Source of the DNA: Rhodocyclaceae bacterium
GTDB taxonomy: Bacteria; Pseudomonadota; Gammaproteobacteria; Burkholderiales; Rhodocyclaceae
Assembly (NCBI GenBank): GCA_020445745.1
Contig: JAGRGB010000051.1
Location: 7,833 to 71,832 of the forward strand
Length of the DNA: 64,000 nt
Direction of reading: 5' to 3'
The notes under the pieces were generated by a model. The model did no database searches and had not been told where the DNA came from. It worked only from the letters and a program-made list of their open reading frames with translations. This document shows positions 18,440 to 27,573 of this stretch, piece by piece (within the stretch, counting starts at the first letter, position 1; each line of letters begins with the position of its first letter). The position numbers were made by a program, and so were the translations under genes.

Positions 18440-20107
18440 TCAGCGCTGCCCGAAATACTGGGCGAACTCGTCGCCGGACACCGCGCGCCCGAGCAGGTAA
18501 CCCTGGAACTCGTCGCAGCCCTCGTCCCGCAGGAAGCCAGCCTGGCGCTCGGTCTCGACACCTTCCGCGACGACCGTCAGACCGAGGGTCTTGGCGACCC
18601 GGACGATCGTGCGGATCAGGGTTTCATTCTCCTGATCGTCGCCGATCATGCGCACGAAGCTGCGGTCGATGTTGAGCTTCGAGACCGGCAGCGACTGCAG
18701 ATTGGACAGCGGCGAGAAGCCGGTTCCAAAGCCGTCGATCGACAGCTTGATGCCGAGGGCACTGAGCGCTTCGAGGGAGGATACGACGTAGGCGACGTCC
18801 ACCAGCACCGACTCGCGGAACTCGAATTCCAGCCGTGACGGGTCCATCGCGGTCTCGTTCAGCAGGGTTTCGACGCTGGCCACGAAATCCGCCCGCTCGA
18901 GCTGTCGTGCAGAGACGTTCAGCGACAGTATCGGCGGCGCCACGTTTCGCTTCTGCCATTGCACGTAAGTGGTGAACGCGCCCCGCATGACCCACTCGCC
19001 GAGGGCATGGATCAGCCCGGCATCCTCCGCCAGCGGTATGAAACGCTCCGGTGCGACGACCCCTAGTTCGGCGTCTTCCCAGCGGACCAGCGCCTCTGCC
19101 GCCATCAGGCGTTCGCCGCTGGCATCGAACAGCGGCTGGAACACCAGCCCCAGTGCATTGTTGGCCAGCGCGACCCGCAGGCGTCTTTCGAGGATGTTGC
19201 GCTCGTTGGCATAGGCGGTCATTTCCGCCGAATAGAAACTGTAGGCATGGCGGCCGCGGCTGCGCGCCTGCAGCATCGCCGCATCGGCGGCCGTCAGCAG
19301 CGAGCTCATGTTGTGGCCATCCATCGGATAGAGGCCGATCCCGATGCAGGCCGCCGGATAGAAATCGGTCTCGCCGACCCGGATCGGCCGCTCCATCGAC
19401 TTCAGCAGATGGTTGGCCGTCACGCTGGCGCTGCGCGGACCGTCGATGCCCTCGATCAGCATCACGAACTCGTACTCGCCGACGCGCGCCAGCGTGTCGG
19501 TTTCCCGCAGCTCGGATTGCAGGCGCTCGGCCACCGCGCGAATGAAGGCATCACGCGAATCCGGCTCGGTGTGGCCGGAGACGCCGATCATCAGCAGCCC
19601 CATCTGCTTCATTTCCCGAAGCACCCGCCGGGCCACCTGTTCGAAGCGGTCGCGAAACAGGGTCCGGTTGGGCAGGCCGGTGAGCGGATCGAAGTAGGCC
19701 AGGTCGCGAAGCTGGGCCCGCTCCTCCATGATCCGGCCGATGTCGGTGAACACGCCGACGTAGTGCAGCACCTTGCCGGCCTGGTCGCGCACGGCGCTGA
19801 TCGACAGCCATTCCGGATATATCGCGCCGCCCTTGTGGCGATTCCAGATCTCTCCCTGCCAGCGGCCGGAACTGGCAAGCGACTGCCACATCTTCTGATA
19901 GAACTCGGGCGGATGCCTACCGGAACGCAAGCGGGCCAGCGTCTGCCCCACGATCTCGTCCATCGCATAGCCGGTCAGGCGCGAAAAGGCCTCGTTGACC
20001 GCCAGCACCCGGGCCTCGGTATCGGTGATGCAGATGCCCTCGGCCGCATTCTTGAATACGATGTGGGCCAGTTCCAGCTCGTTGATACTCACGGGCTCGC
20101 CTCGCAA
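18440..20107 (-). CDS. PAS-GGDEF(degenerate)-EAL c-di-GMP signalling protein, probable phosphodiesterase
   Basis: 555 aa. PAS domain: AAEGICITDTEARVLAVNEAFSRLTGY. The GGDEF domain has GEYEF in place of GGDEF. The EAL domain has EALVRW, IDGFGTG, AEGVETERQ and QGYLL. Start is TTG 20107 or GTG 20092. Confidence 0.92.
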   Translation of the reverse strand: MRGEPVSINELELAHIVFKNAAEGICITDTEARVLAVNEAFSRLTGYAMDEIVGQTLARLRSGRHPPEFYQKMWQSLASSGRWQGEIWNRHKGGAIYPEWLSISAVRDQAGKVLHYVGVFTDIGRIMEERAQLRDLAYFDPLTGLPNRTLFRDRFEQVARRVLREMKQMGLLMIGVSGHTEPDSRDAFIRAVAERLQSELRETDTLARVGEYEFVMLIEGIDGPRSASVTANHLLKSMERPIRVGETDFYPAACIGIGLYPMDGHNMSSLLTAADAAMLQARSRGRHAYSFYSAEMTAYANERNILERRLRVALANNALGLVFQPLFDASGERLMAAEALVRWEDAELGVVAPERFIPLAEDAGLIHALGEWVMRGAFTTYVQWQKRNVAPPILSLNVSARQLERADFVASVETLLNETAMDPSRLEFEFRESVLVDVAYVVSSLEALSALGIKLSIDGFGTGFSPLSNLQSLPVSKLNIDRSFVRMIGDDQENETLIRTIVRVAKTLGLTVVAEGVETERQAGFLRDEGCDEFQGYLLGRAVSGDEFAQYFGQR

Positions 20108-20224
20108 TGAAGAAGGGCCATATTATGCCCATGACCAGGCGCCCGCCCGATGACGGCGCGATGACGCGCCGTACGGAGGATTCGGGGCGACCGGATGCGG
20201 GAGGCGGAGTGCCCGTTGGCGAAG

Positions 20225-20704
20225 TCAACCGCGAGGCGGGTCGCGCACGACCTCCGGGGCGAGGGCGCCGGCGAGCGCTTCGGCGGGATCGCCGGCAGCC
20301 AGACGGTAGCGGACACCGGCGACGATGACCGCGCCATCGGCGGAAAGGGCGATCCCACCGGCAGCGGTGCCGGAGGCCAGCGCCCGCCCGGCGATCGGCT
20401 TCAGGTCCGGCAGCGACAGGGCCTGCAGTGACGTGCCATCCCTCAGCCAGACCAGCCGCCGGTCGATGTCGAGCAGCAGATCGTCGGCACCGATCCGCTG
20501 CGTCGTGCGATGCCGGGCGATCAGCGACAGCCCGTTGCGTACCCACAGGGCCTCGACGACGCGGCCGCCGTCGCTGGCGTGCACCAGGACGTGCCGTGCC
20601 TGCCAGACATGGGCCTCGGTCGCGTCGGCGACACATCCCGGCAGCAGCAGCGAGGCGGCCACCAATGCCAGGCCGCTGGCGGCGGATTTCGTGAATGGGC
20701 GCAT
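20225..20704 (-). CDS. hypothetical lipoprotein
   Basis: 159 aa. The signal peptide has a lipobox (ASLLLPGC). I recognise no family. The coding call rests on ORF length, the signal sequence and GC3 bias. Confidence 0.55.
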   Translation of the reverse strand: MRPFTKSAASGLALVAASLLLPGCVADATEAHVWQARHVLVHASDGGRVVEALWVRNGLSLIARHRTTQRIGADDLLLDIDRRLVWLRDGTSLQALSLPDLKPIAGRALASGTAAGGIALSADGAVIVAGVRYRLAAGDPAEALAGALAPEVVRDPPRG

Positions 20705-20837
20705 GTCCGATTCTCCGGGGTCACGATGCCCAGGACAATACCTGTCAATTCACAACTTGCTCAGATACAATTTGGTGAAGTATTTTTATACTGTACCGGC
20801 CCAATCACCAGGCCACTGAAGGCGGAGGAGGCCAGAC

Positions 20838-22250
20838 ATGCTCCACCAGCTGTTGATCGACAGCGGCCGCCCCCAAGCCCTCGTCGAACAGATCGTGACG
20901 GCGATCCGCAACCAGATCGACGACCGGGTGCTGCGCCCCGGCATGCGCCTGCCGCCCATCAGGCGCTTCGCCGAGACCCAGGGCGTGAGCCGCTTTACCG
21001 TCGTCGAGGCCTACGACCGCCTGGTCGCCCAGGGCTACCTCGATTCCCGCCGCGGCTCCGGCTTCTACGTTTCGATCAGACCTTCGGCCGAGCCGGAGGC
21101 GGAGGATCTCGAGCGGATCGAGCGCGCGATCGACGCCGCCTGGCTGATGCGCGAGATCAGCAACGACGGCAAGGATCGAGTGATCGCGGCATCCGGCAGC
21201 CTGCCGGCGAACTGGATGGAGGAAGACGCGATCTTGCGCAAGTTGCGCCAGCTCGCCCGCGCCCCGGCAGCCCGGGTCACCAGCTACGGCACGCCCCAGG
21301 GCTTCGCGCCGCTGCGCGAGCAGCTGCAACTGCGGCTGGCGGAATGCGGCATCCGCGTGCAGCCGTCGCAGATCGTGCTGACCTATGGTGCGACCCAGGC
21401 CCTCGATCTGGTGGCGCGCCTTTTCCTGAAGGCCGGTGATTCGGTGCTGGTGGACGACCCCGGCTACTGGAATCTGTTTTCCAGCTTCCGCCTCCAGGGC
21501 TTTCGCCTGCTGGGCGTGCCGCGCGTCGCCGACGGCCCGGACGTCGACACGCTGGAAGAGATCCTCAGCCGCGAGAAACCGCGCATCTACTTCACCCAGT
21601 CGGTGCTGCACAACCCGACCTCGAGCTGCCTCAGTCCGGCGGTGGCGTTCCGCCTGCTGCAACTGGCCGACAGGCACGACTTCCTGCTGGTCGACGACGA
21701 CATCTACGGCGACATGTTCGCCGGCACCGCGACCCGGCTGGCGAGCCTCGACCAACTCCAGCGCGTGATCCATGTCGGCAGCTACTCGAAAACCCTGTCG
21801 GGCAATCTGCGCGTGGGCTTCCTCGCGGCGCGCCCCGACCTGGCCCACCAACTCACCGACATCAAGATCACGACCACGCTGACCAGTCCGGAGTTCGGCG
21901 AGCGCATGGTGCACGCGATGCTCACCGAAGGGCACTATCGGAAATACGTCGGGCGCCTGCAATCCCGGCTGCTGCGCGCCGCCGAGCGCTGCTGCCGGAT
22001 GCTCGAGCGTGTCGGCTTGCGGACCGACTTCGACCCCCTCGGCGGGCAGTTCGTGTGGGCGCGATGGCCTGGGTTGCGTGACACCACTGCCCTCGCACGT
22101 CGGGCTCTGGAGCACGACATCGTACTGGCGCCCGGGTCGGTCTTCCGCGCCAACGGCCAGCCTTCTGACTACCTGCGCTTCAACGTCGCGACCTCCTGTC
22201 AGCCGCGACTCGAACGCTTCCTGGCGGAAGCGCTGGCGAGGCCGGACTGA
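20838..22250 (+). CDS. MocR/PdxR-type regulator (GntR HTH fused to a class I aminotransferase-like domain)
   Basis: 470 aa. The N-terminal winged HTH reads LPPIRRFAETQGVSRFTVVEAYDRLVAQGY. The C-terminal fold-type I PLP domain retains the lysine (GSYSKTLSGNLRVGF). Confidence 0.92.
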   Translation: MLHQLLIDSGRPQALVEQIVTAIRNQIDDRVLRPGMRLPPIRRFAETQGVSRFTVVEAYDRLVAQGYLDSRRGSGFYVSIRPSAEPEAEDLERIERAIDAAWLMREISNDGKDRVIAASGSLPANWMEEDAILRKLRQLARAPAARVTSYGTPQGFAPLREQLQLRLAECGIRVQPSQIVLTYGATQALDLVARLFLKAGDSVLVDDPGYWNLFSSFRLQGFRLLGVPRVADGPDVDTLEEILSREKPRIYFTQSVLHNPTSSCLSPAVAFRLLQLADRHDFLLVDDDIYGDMFAGTATRLASLDQLQRVIHVGSYSKTLSGNLRVGFLAARPDLAHQLTDIKITTTLTSPEFGERMVHAMLTEGHYRKYVGRLQSRLLRAAERCCRMLERVGLRTDFDPLGGQFVWARWPGLRDTTALARRALEHDIVLAPGSVFRANGQPSDYLRFNVATSCQPRLERFLAEALARPD

Positions 22251-22259
22251 CGGCCGCGG

Positions 22260-23117
22260 TCAGAAGCTTTCGCCAGCCCGCATCACCCGCCATTGCCCCG
22301 GCGGCAGGTCGCCGAGCGGCACGCGCCCGATGCGCACACGCTTGAGGCCCGTCACCGTCAGCCCGACCAGTTCGCACATCCGCCGGATCTGGCGCTTGCG
22401 CCCCTCGCGCAGCACGAAGCGGAGCTGATCGCGGTTCTGCCATTCGACCAGGGCCGGCCGCAGGGCGTGTCCGTCCAGCGACAGGCCGTGGCGCAGCAGC
22501 GCCAGCCCGTCGGCCTGGAGGCGACCTTCGACACGCACCAGATATTCCTTGTCGACGTCGCTGTCATTGCCGACCAGACGGCGCGCGACCCGGCCATCCT
22601 GGGTCAGCACCAGCAGCCCGGTGGAGTCGACGTCGAGCCGACCGGCTGGTGCCAGGCCCTGCAGCATCGTCGGCCGGAAGCGTGGGCCGCCGGCCGCGCC
22701 GGCCAGTTGGGATTCAGGACCGATCAGCGCAACGGCGGGCGTGCAGCCGGGCTCGGGCTGTCCCGAAACGTAGCCGACCGGCTTGTTCAGCAGAATCGTC
22801 ACCCGCCGGTCACGCTGGCGCTCGGCACGCGGATCGAGTTCGATCGACACCCCGGCGCCGACGCGCGTGCCCAGTTCGCTGACCACCCGACCGTCGACCC
22901 GCACCCAGCCGCGCGCGATCAACTCGTCCGCCTCGCGACGCGAACACAATCCTCGCGCCGCCATGACCTTCGACAGCCGGTCATCGACCGGCACCCCGGT
23001 CACGGCATCATGCCCGGGCGCAGCAGTCGCTCGGCGCAGCCGCGGACGATCGGCCGCACCAGGCGGTGCATCGACCTTGCCCGTTGGCCGCGCTGGTGGG
23101 CGCCTTGCATCGCTCAT
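22260..23117 (-). CDS. RsuA/RluB/RluF-family rRNA pseudouridine synthase
   Basis: 285 aa. S4 domain: [29 protein letters not shown]. Catalytic motif: [17 protein letters not shown]. It has an Arg/Pro-rich N-terminal extension of about 55 aa. Confidence 0.9.
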   Translation of the reverse strand: MSDARRPPARPTGKVDAPPGAADRPRLRRATAAPGHDAVTGVPVDDRLSKVMAARGLCSRREADELIARGWVRVDGRVVSELGTRVGAGVSIELDPRAERQRDRRVTILLNKPVGYVSGQPEPGCTPAVALIGPESQLAGAAGGPRFRPTMLQGLAPAGRLDVDSTGLLVLTQDGRVARRLVGNDSDVDKEYLVRVEGRLQADGLALLRHGLSLDGHALRPALVEWQNRDQLRFVLREGRKRQIRRMCELVGLTVTGLKRVRIGRVPLGDLPPGQWRVMRAGESF

Positions 23118-23129
23118 ATCCTGGTCTCG

Positions 23130-23645
23130 CTATGGCAGGGAATGAAGTTTAGCGCCGCTCCGGCCGGACTTGCCGGCGGCCCAATTCACCAGCCGCGCCC
23201 GCATCCGGCGGTGGTGCGACCCGGCCCAGTAGATCCGGCCGCAATCCGGACATTCGCGTACCGTGCGCGATCGCAAGTCCGGCGGCAGTCGCTCGAGGGC
23301 GGCATTCCCGGCATGTTCGAGCCGGGCGTTGTCCACCAGGCAACGGGTGAATGGCTGCCACAGCCAATCGACACCCAGCCGGTCGCGCAACACCGCCGCC
23401 TGCTGGTCGAGCCCGCCCTGGCGCAGCCACAGCACCCGGCCACGGGCGTCCTTGTGGCGCAGGACCTGGCGATCGCAGGTCAGCAGGGTGCGGGCCTCGC
23501 GCTTCGCCACTTCCACCCACAGGCGGTCCGGTGCGCCACCCGACGCCAACGCGGTGTCGTAGCCGGCCGCCCGCAGGTAGCGCGCCAGACGGCCCAGCAT
23601 CTCGTCGCAGACGAATTTGCGGCATCCCGCGCTCCGCGGGTGCAC
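23130..23645 (-). CDS. Mut7-C RNase domain protein (PIN-like fold with C-terminal zinc ribbon)
   Basis: FVCDEMLGRLARYLRAAGYDT is the Mut7-C N-terminal signature. The C-terminal ribbon reads ECPDCGRIYWAGSHHRRM. The start is uncertain: GTG 23645 is chosen, and the track ORF extends to 23750. Confidence 0.7.
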   Translation of the reverse strand: MHPRSAGCRKFVCDEMLGRLARYLRAAGYDTALASGGAPDRLWVEVAKREARTLLTCDRQVLRHKDARGRVLWLRQGGLDQQAAVLRDRLGVDWLWQPFTRCLVDNARLEHAGNAALERLPPDLRSRTVRECPDCGRIYWAGSHHRRMRARLVNWAAGKSGRSGAKLHSLP

Positions 23646-24156
23646 GTCCGTGCTTCGCGAGGCAGTGTCAAACGACTGAACCACGATGTTCCTACATCCC
23701 CGACTCTCTGTGGAAAACCTGTCGAGCTTCCCGCCAAGATACCGTCGCACCGGAATCCTTGGCGGCTGCCAGCCGCCACCCGGCGAGACCCGCCCACCGC
23801 CGCCGTGCGCGTGATTCCCGTCTCGCGGTGCTTCGGCGACGGCCCGACGGCAATCGGCATCTCAATGGTAGGCCTTGAAATCTGGCGGGAAGTTCTGCAC
23901 GGCGCCATCTTCACGGCGATCCCGGATCGCCACTCGGCGCGAAATCGAAGCAGCCGGCGGCGAGCCGGTCGCAGCGGCGATCGGTCGCTCGATCCAGGCC
24001 GCGGCTGGGCACCGGCATGGCCGCTGTCCGGGCGGCAGGCGCGCGCAGGCGTCCGGTCCACTGGCCAGGTCGTGCTCGCACCAAGCGCCGCCCGACCGCT
24101 CCCGGAGCGCTCGCCGGGTGCCGTCCGGGAGACCCCGTCGGGCCGGTGCACGCGAC

Positions 24157-25851
24157 TCAATCGGGGAGGTAGAACAGCACCAGATACATCAGCAGCAGGA
24201 TGGCGACCCACAGCACCATGTGCCCCGACAGCCAGGTCCGCGCCAGCACTCCGCTCGGCCCGTAGTGCCGGTAGATCGCGGTACGGATACTGGAGAACAG
24301 ACCGGCCGCACCGCGCCCCGATGCGGCCAGCGCGTTGGCGAGGCCCTCGGCCAGGCCCAGCGCGAGGCCGGGGCCGAGCACACGATAGAACCAGTCGAGG
24401 TCGAGGGTGATGGTCAGCGTTCGCTGCAGCGAGTTCAGCAGCAGGAAGAAGGCGAGGCCGGAGAACAGTAGCAACTGCAGCTGGGAGACGACGTGGGCAC
24501 CGGTGTACGGCTGATAGTCCACCGGGTAGGGCAGGATCGCGTACAGCGGGTCGGGGTAGCAGCCCAGACCGATGCACAGCGCCGAGAACGCGATCATCCC
24601 CCATCCCATGCTGGCAGGCGGATCCTTTGGCCGCATGCCGGAATCCTTCTGGAAGAACACGAACCACGGGAACTTGATGCCGGCGTGCAGGAAGACGCCC
24701 GCCGAAGCGGCCGCCAGCAGCAGCCAGATGAACATCATGTGCTCGTTCGCCGCCGACTGGGAGATCATCGACTTGGTCGTGAAGCCGGACGTCAGCGGGA
24801 AGGCGGAGATCGCCAGCGCGCCGATCGTGCCGCAGATGGTGGTCAGCGGCATGCTCTGGAAAAGGCCGCCGAGGTCGGTACATTTGCGCTTTCCGGTGCG
24901 GTACAGCACCGCGCCGGCCGACATCAGCAGCAGCGCCTTGTAGATGATGTGGGCGAAGGCGTGGGCGGCTGAACCGTTCAATGCCATCTCGGTACCGATG
25001 CCGATACCGGTCACCATGAAGCCGACCTGGTTGATGATCGAATAGGCCAGGATGCGGCGCATGTCGTTCTCGAGGATCGCATAGACGATCCCGTAGAAGA
25101 CCATGTACAGGCCGATCGGAATCAGGATCTCGGTACCCGGGAAACCGCGCAGCAAGACGTAGACGGCGGTCTTGGTCGTGAACGCCGACAGGAACACCAT
25201 GCCGCTCCACGAGGCCTCCGGGTAGGCGTCGGGCAGCCAGGCCGAAAACGGCGGCGCACCGGCATTGATCAGGAAGCCGACCAGGATCAGACAGTGGGCG
25301 AGGGAATCCGCCTGCATCGCCTCGAACGTCAGGCTGCCGCCGCTGGCCACGTGACCGGTGATGCCGGCCATCAGCACCACGCCGCCGAACAGGTGCACCA
25401 TCAGGTAGCGCATCGACGCCGCTCGCGCCGAGGCGCCGGCGGCCCAGATGACCAGGGTCGAACCGACCGCCATCAGCTCCCAGAACAGGAACAGCGTGAC
25501 GAGGTCGCCGGCGAACACTGCGCCGACCGCCGAGCCGGCATAGACGAAGGCCGCCGGCACCTCGATGCGGCTCTCCTGCTTCAGCGCGAACACGCCACCG
25601 ACCAGCGCCATCAGCGTGAAGATCGTCGCGAACACCCGGGCCAACCGGTCGCCACGAACGAACTCGAGCTGGTAGTCGAGGAAGGCGACGCGACCGAAGA
25701 TGCCGTCGCCGACCTGCCACACCAGGAACAGGGCCAGCGCCGGCAGCAGCACGGCCAGCGCCGAGCGCGCCGAGCCGCGGACGAAGGTCATCGCGATGCC
25801 GCCGGCGATCAGCAGCAGGCCGGGGTGCAGCATCATGTCACTGCTCGTCAT
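24157..25851 (-). CDS. mrpD: Mrp-type antiporter large subunit, MrpD/NuoN-like (paralogue 3, 564 aa)
   Basis: Proton-conducting membrane transporter motifs: LFWELMAVGS, PFSAWLPDAYPEAS, RILAYSIINQVGFM. It is the last gene of the minus-strand mrp operon. Confidence 0.88.
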   Translation of the reverse strand: MTSSDMMLHPGLLLIAGGIAMTFVRGSARSALAVLLPALALFLVWQVGDGIFGRVAFLDYQLEFVRGDRLARVFATIFTLMALVGGVFALKQESRIEVPAAFVYAGSAVGAVFAGDLVTLFLFWELMAVGSTLVIWAAGASARAASMRYLMVHLFGGVVLMAGITGHVASGGSLTFEAMQADSLAHCLILVGFLINAGAPPFSAWLPDAYPEASWSGMVFLSAFTTKTAVYVLLRGFPGTEILIPIGLYMVFYGIVYAILENDMRRILAYSIINQVGFMVTGIGIGTEMALNGSAAHAFAHIIYKALLLMSAGAVLYRTGKRKCTDLGGLFQSMPLTTICGTIGALAISAFPLTSGFTTKSMISQSAANEHMMFIWLLLAAASAGVFLHAGIKFPWFVFFQKDSGMRPKDPPASMGWGMIAFSALCIGLGCYPDPLYAILPYPVDYQPYTGAHVVSQLQLLLFSGLAFFLLLNSLQRTLTITLDLDWFYRVLGPGLALGLAEGLANALAASGRGAAGLFSSIRTAIYRHYGPSGVLARTWLSGHMVLWVAILLLMYLVLFYLPD

Positions 25852-26080
25852 AGTAGTCGTCCCGCCGCTTCAGCCACATGCCGAGCAGCTTGGAGCCGAA
25901 CACCAGGATCACGCAGGCGATGAAACCGAACCAGGCATTGAAGGCCGGCAGCGCGTCGACACCGAAGTGCGGATGCGCTTCGACGAAGAACTCGGCGATG
26001 ACGGTCAGCGCGAGGATCGCGATGAAGGCGATCCACAGTTTGCGGATGCTGTCGGGGCGTACCAGCCAATGCATGATCAT
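25838..26080 (-). CDS. small 2-TM membrane protein embedded in the mrp operon
   Basis: 80 aa with two hydrophobic helices (LWIAFIAILALTVIAEFF, FGFIACVILVFGSKLLGMW). Its ATG forms an ATGA overlap with the preceding stop (26077-26080). Its 3' end overlaps the next start by 14 nt. Confidence 0.6.
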   Translation of the reverse strand: MIMHWLVRPDSIRKLWIAFIAILALTVIAEFFVEAHPHFGVDALPAFNAWFGFIACVILVFGSKLLGMWLKRRDDYYDEQ

Positions 26081-27573
26081 TCTCCTCCGGCCACGGCACG
26101 CGCGAGCTTCAGCACCGGCTCGTGATAGATGAACAGGATGATCGTCAGCGAAGCGGTCACGGTCTGCGCCAGCACCATCGGCCAGGGCGCCTCACCGTGC
26201 TCGTGATGGTGATCGTCGTGCCCGTGCCCGCCGTCATGGTGCTCGGCCGGGGCTGGTTCGCGGAAGAACGCGCGCCAGACGACGGGCAGGAAATAGCCGG
26301 CGTTGAGCAGGGTGCTGACCACCAGCACCGCAACCGCGATCCAATGCCCGGTGTCCATCGCCGCCGAAAGGATGTACCACTTCGAGATGAAACCGACCGC
26401 CGGCGGCAGCCCGATCATCGACAGGGCGCCGATCGCGAAGGCGACCATCGTCCACGGCATCCGCCGGCCGATGCCGTCGAGCTGGCTGACCTCGGTCTTG
26501 TGGGCCGCGGTGTAGATCGACCCGGCCGCGAAGAACAGCGTGATCTTGCCGACCGCGTGAGCGGCGATGTGCATCGCCGCGCCGACGATCGAGATCGGCG
26601 CCAGCAGCGTCGCGGCCAGCGTCACGTAGGACAGCTGGCTGACCGTCGAATAGGCCAGCCTGCGCTTCAGGTTGTCGGCCCGCAGCGCGACGATCGAGGC
26701 CGCGACGATCGTGAAGCCGGCGATCAGGGGTACCCAGTCGGCGCTGCCCAGCGACATCAGGTTGTCGGCACCGAACACATACACCACGACCTTGACGACG
26801 CTGAACACGCCGGCCTTGACCACCGCCACCGCGTGCAGCAGCGCCGACACCGGGGTCGGCGCCACCATCGCCGCCGGCAGCCAGCGGTGGAAGGGCATCA
26901 GCGCCGCCTTGCCGATGCCGAACATGTAGAGCGCCATCAGCACCGCGGTGCCGGTCGCCCCGACCCGGCCGGCGAGGATGCCGCCTTCCCGGAAGTCGAG
27001 CGTGCCGGCGAGCACCCAGGTGGCCAGCATGCCGGTCAGCAGCAACACGATCGAGGTCCCCATCAGCACGCCGAGGTAGATCCGGGCCGACTTCTTCGCG
27101 TGATCGGTGCCGTGGTGCGTGACCAGCGGATAGGTGATCAGCGTCATCGTTTCGTAGAACAGGAACAGCGTCAGCATGTTGCCGGCGAAGGCGATGCCCT
27201 GGGCCGCGAAGATCGCGCCGGCGAAACAGACGAAGAAACGGGTCTGATGGCCTTCGTCGTTGCCTCGCATGTAGCCGATCGAATAGATCGAGCTGATGAT
27301 CCACAGCCCCGATGCGATCAGGCCGAACAGCATACCGAGCGGCTCGGCGGTGAGCTGCAGCGAAACTTCCGGCAGCATCGGCAGCAGTTGCAGCTCCGGG
27401 CGGGCGCCATCGGCGACCGCAGCGTAGAGGCCGAGAACCTGGCCGAACAGGGCGACCGCCGTGGCCAGCGTGACGCCCTCGCGCAGATTGGGCCGACGTC
27501 CGCTCAGCGAGACCAGCACCATGCCGAGCAGCGGCGTGACGATGATGCCGGCCAGTGCCATCGAGCCGCTCAT
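26077..27573 (-). CDS. mrpD: Mrp-type antiporter large subunit, MrpD/NuoN-like (paralogue 2, 498 aa)
   Basis: Starts at ATG 27571-27573 (MSGSMALAGIIV...), overlapping the previous stop as ATGA. Motifs: LFLFYETMTLITYPL, MPFHRWLPAAMVAPTPVSALLHA, RRLAYSTVSQLSYV. Confidence 0.9.
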   Translation of the reverse strand: MSGSMALAGIIVTPLLGMVLVSLSGRRPNLREGVTLATAVALFGQVLGLYAAVADGARPELQLLPMLPEVSLQLTAEPLGMLFGLIASGLWIISSIYSIGYMRGNDEGHQTRFFVCFAGAIFAAQGIAFAGNMLTLFLFYETMTLITYPLVTHHGTDHAKKSARIYLGVLMGTSIVLLLTGMLATWVLAGTLDFREGGILAGRVGATGTAVLMALYMFGIGKAALMPFHRWLPAAMVAPTPVSALLHAVAVVKAGVFSVVKVVVYVFGADNLMSLGSADWVPLIAGFTIVAASIVALRADNLKRRLAYSTVSQLSYVTLAATLLAPISIVGAAMHIAAHAVGKITLFFAAGSIYTAAHKTEVSQLDGIGRRMPWTMVAFAIGALSMIGLPPAVGFISKWYILSAAMDTGHWIAVAVLVVSTLLNAGYFLPVVWRAFFREPAPAEHHDGGHGHDDHHHEHGEAPWPMVLAQTVTASLTIILFIYHEPVLKLARAVAGGE

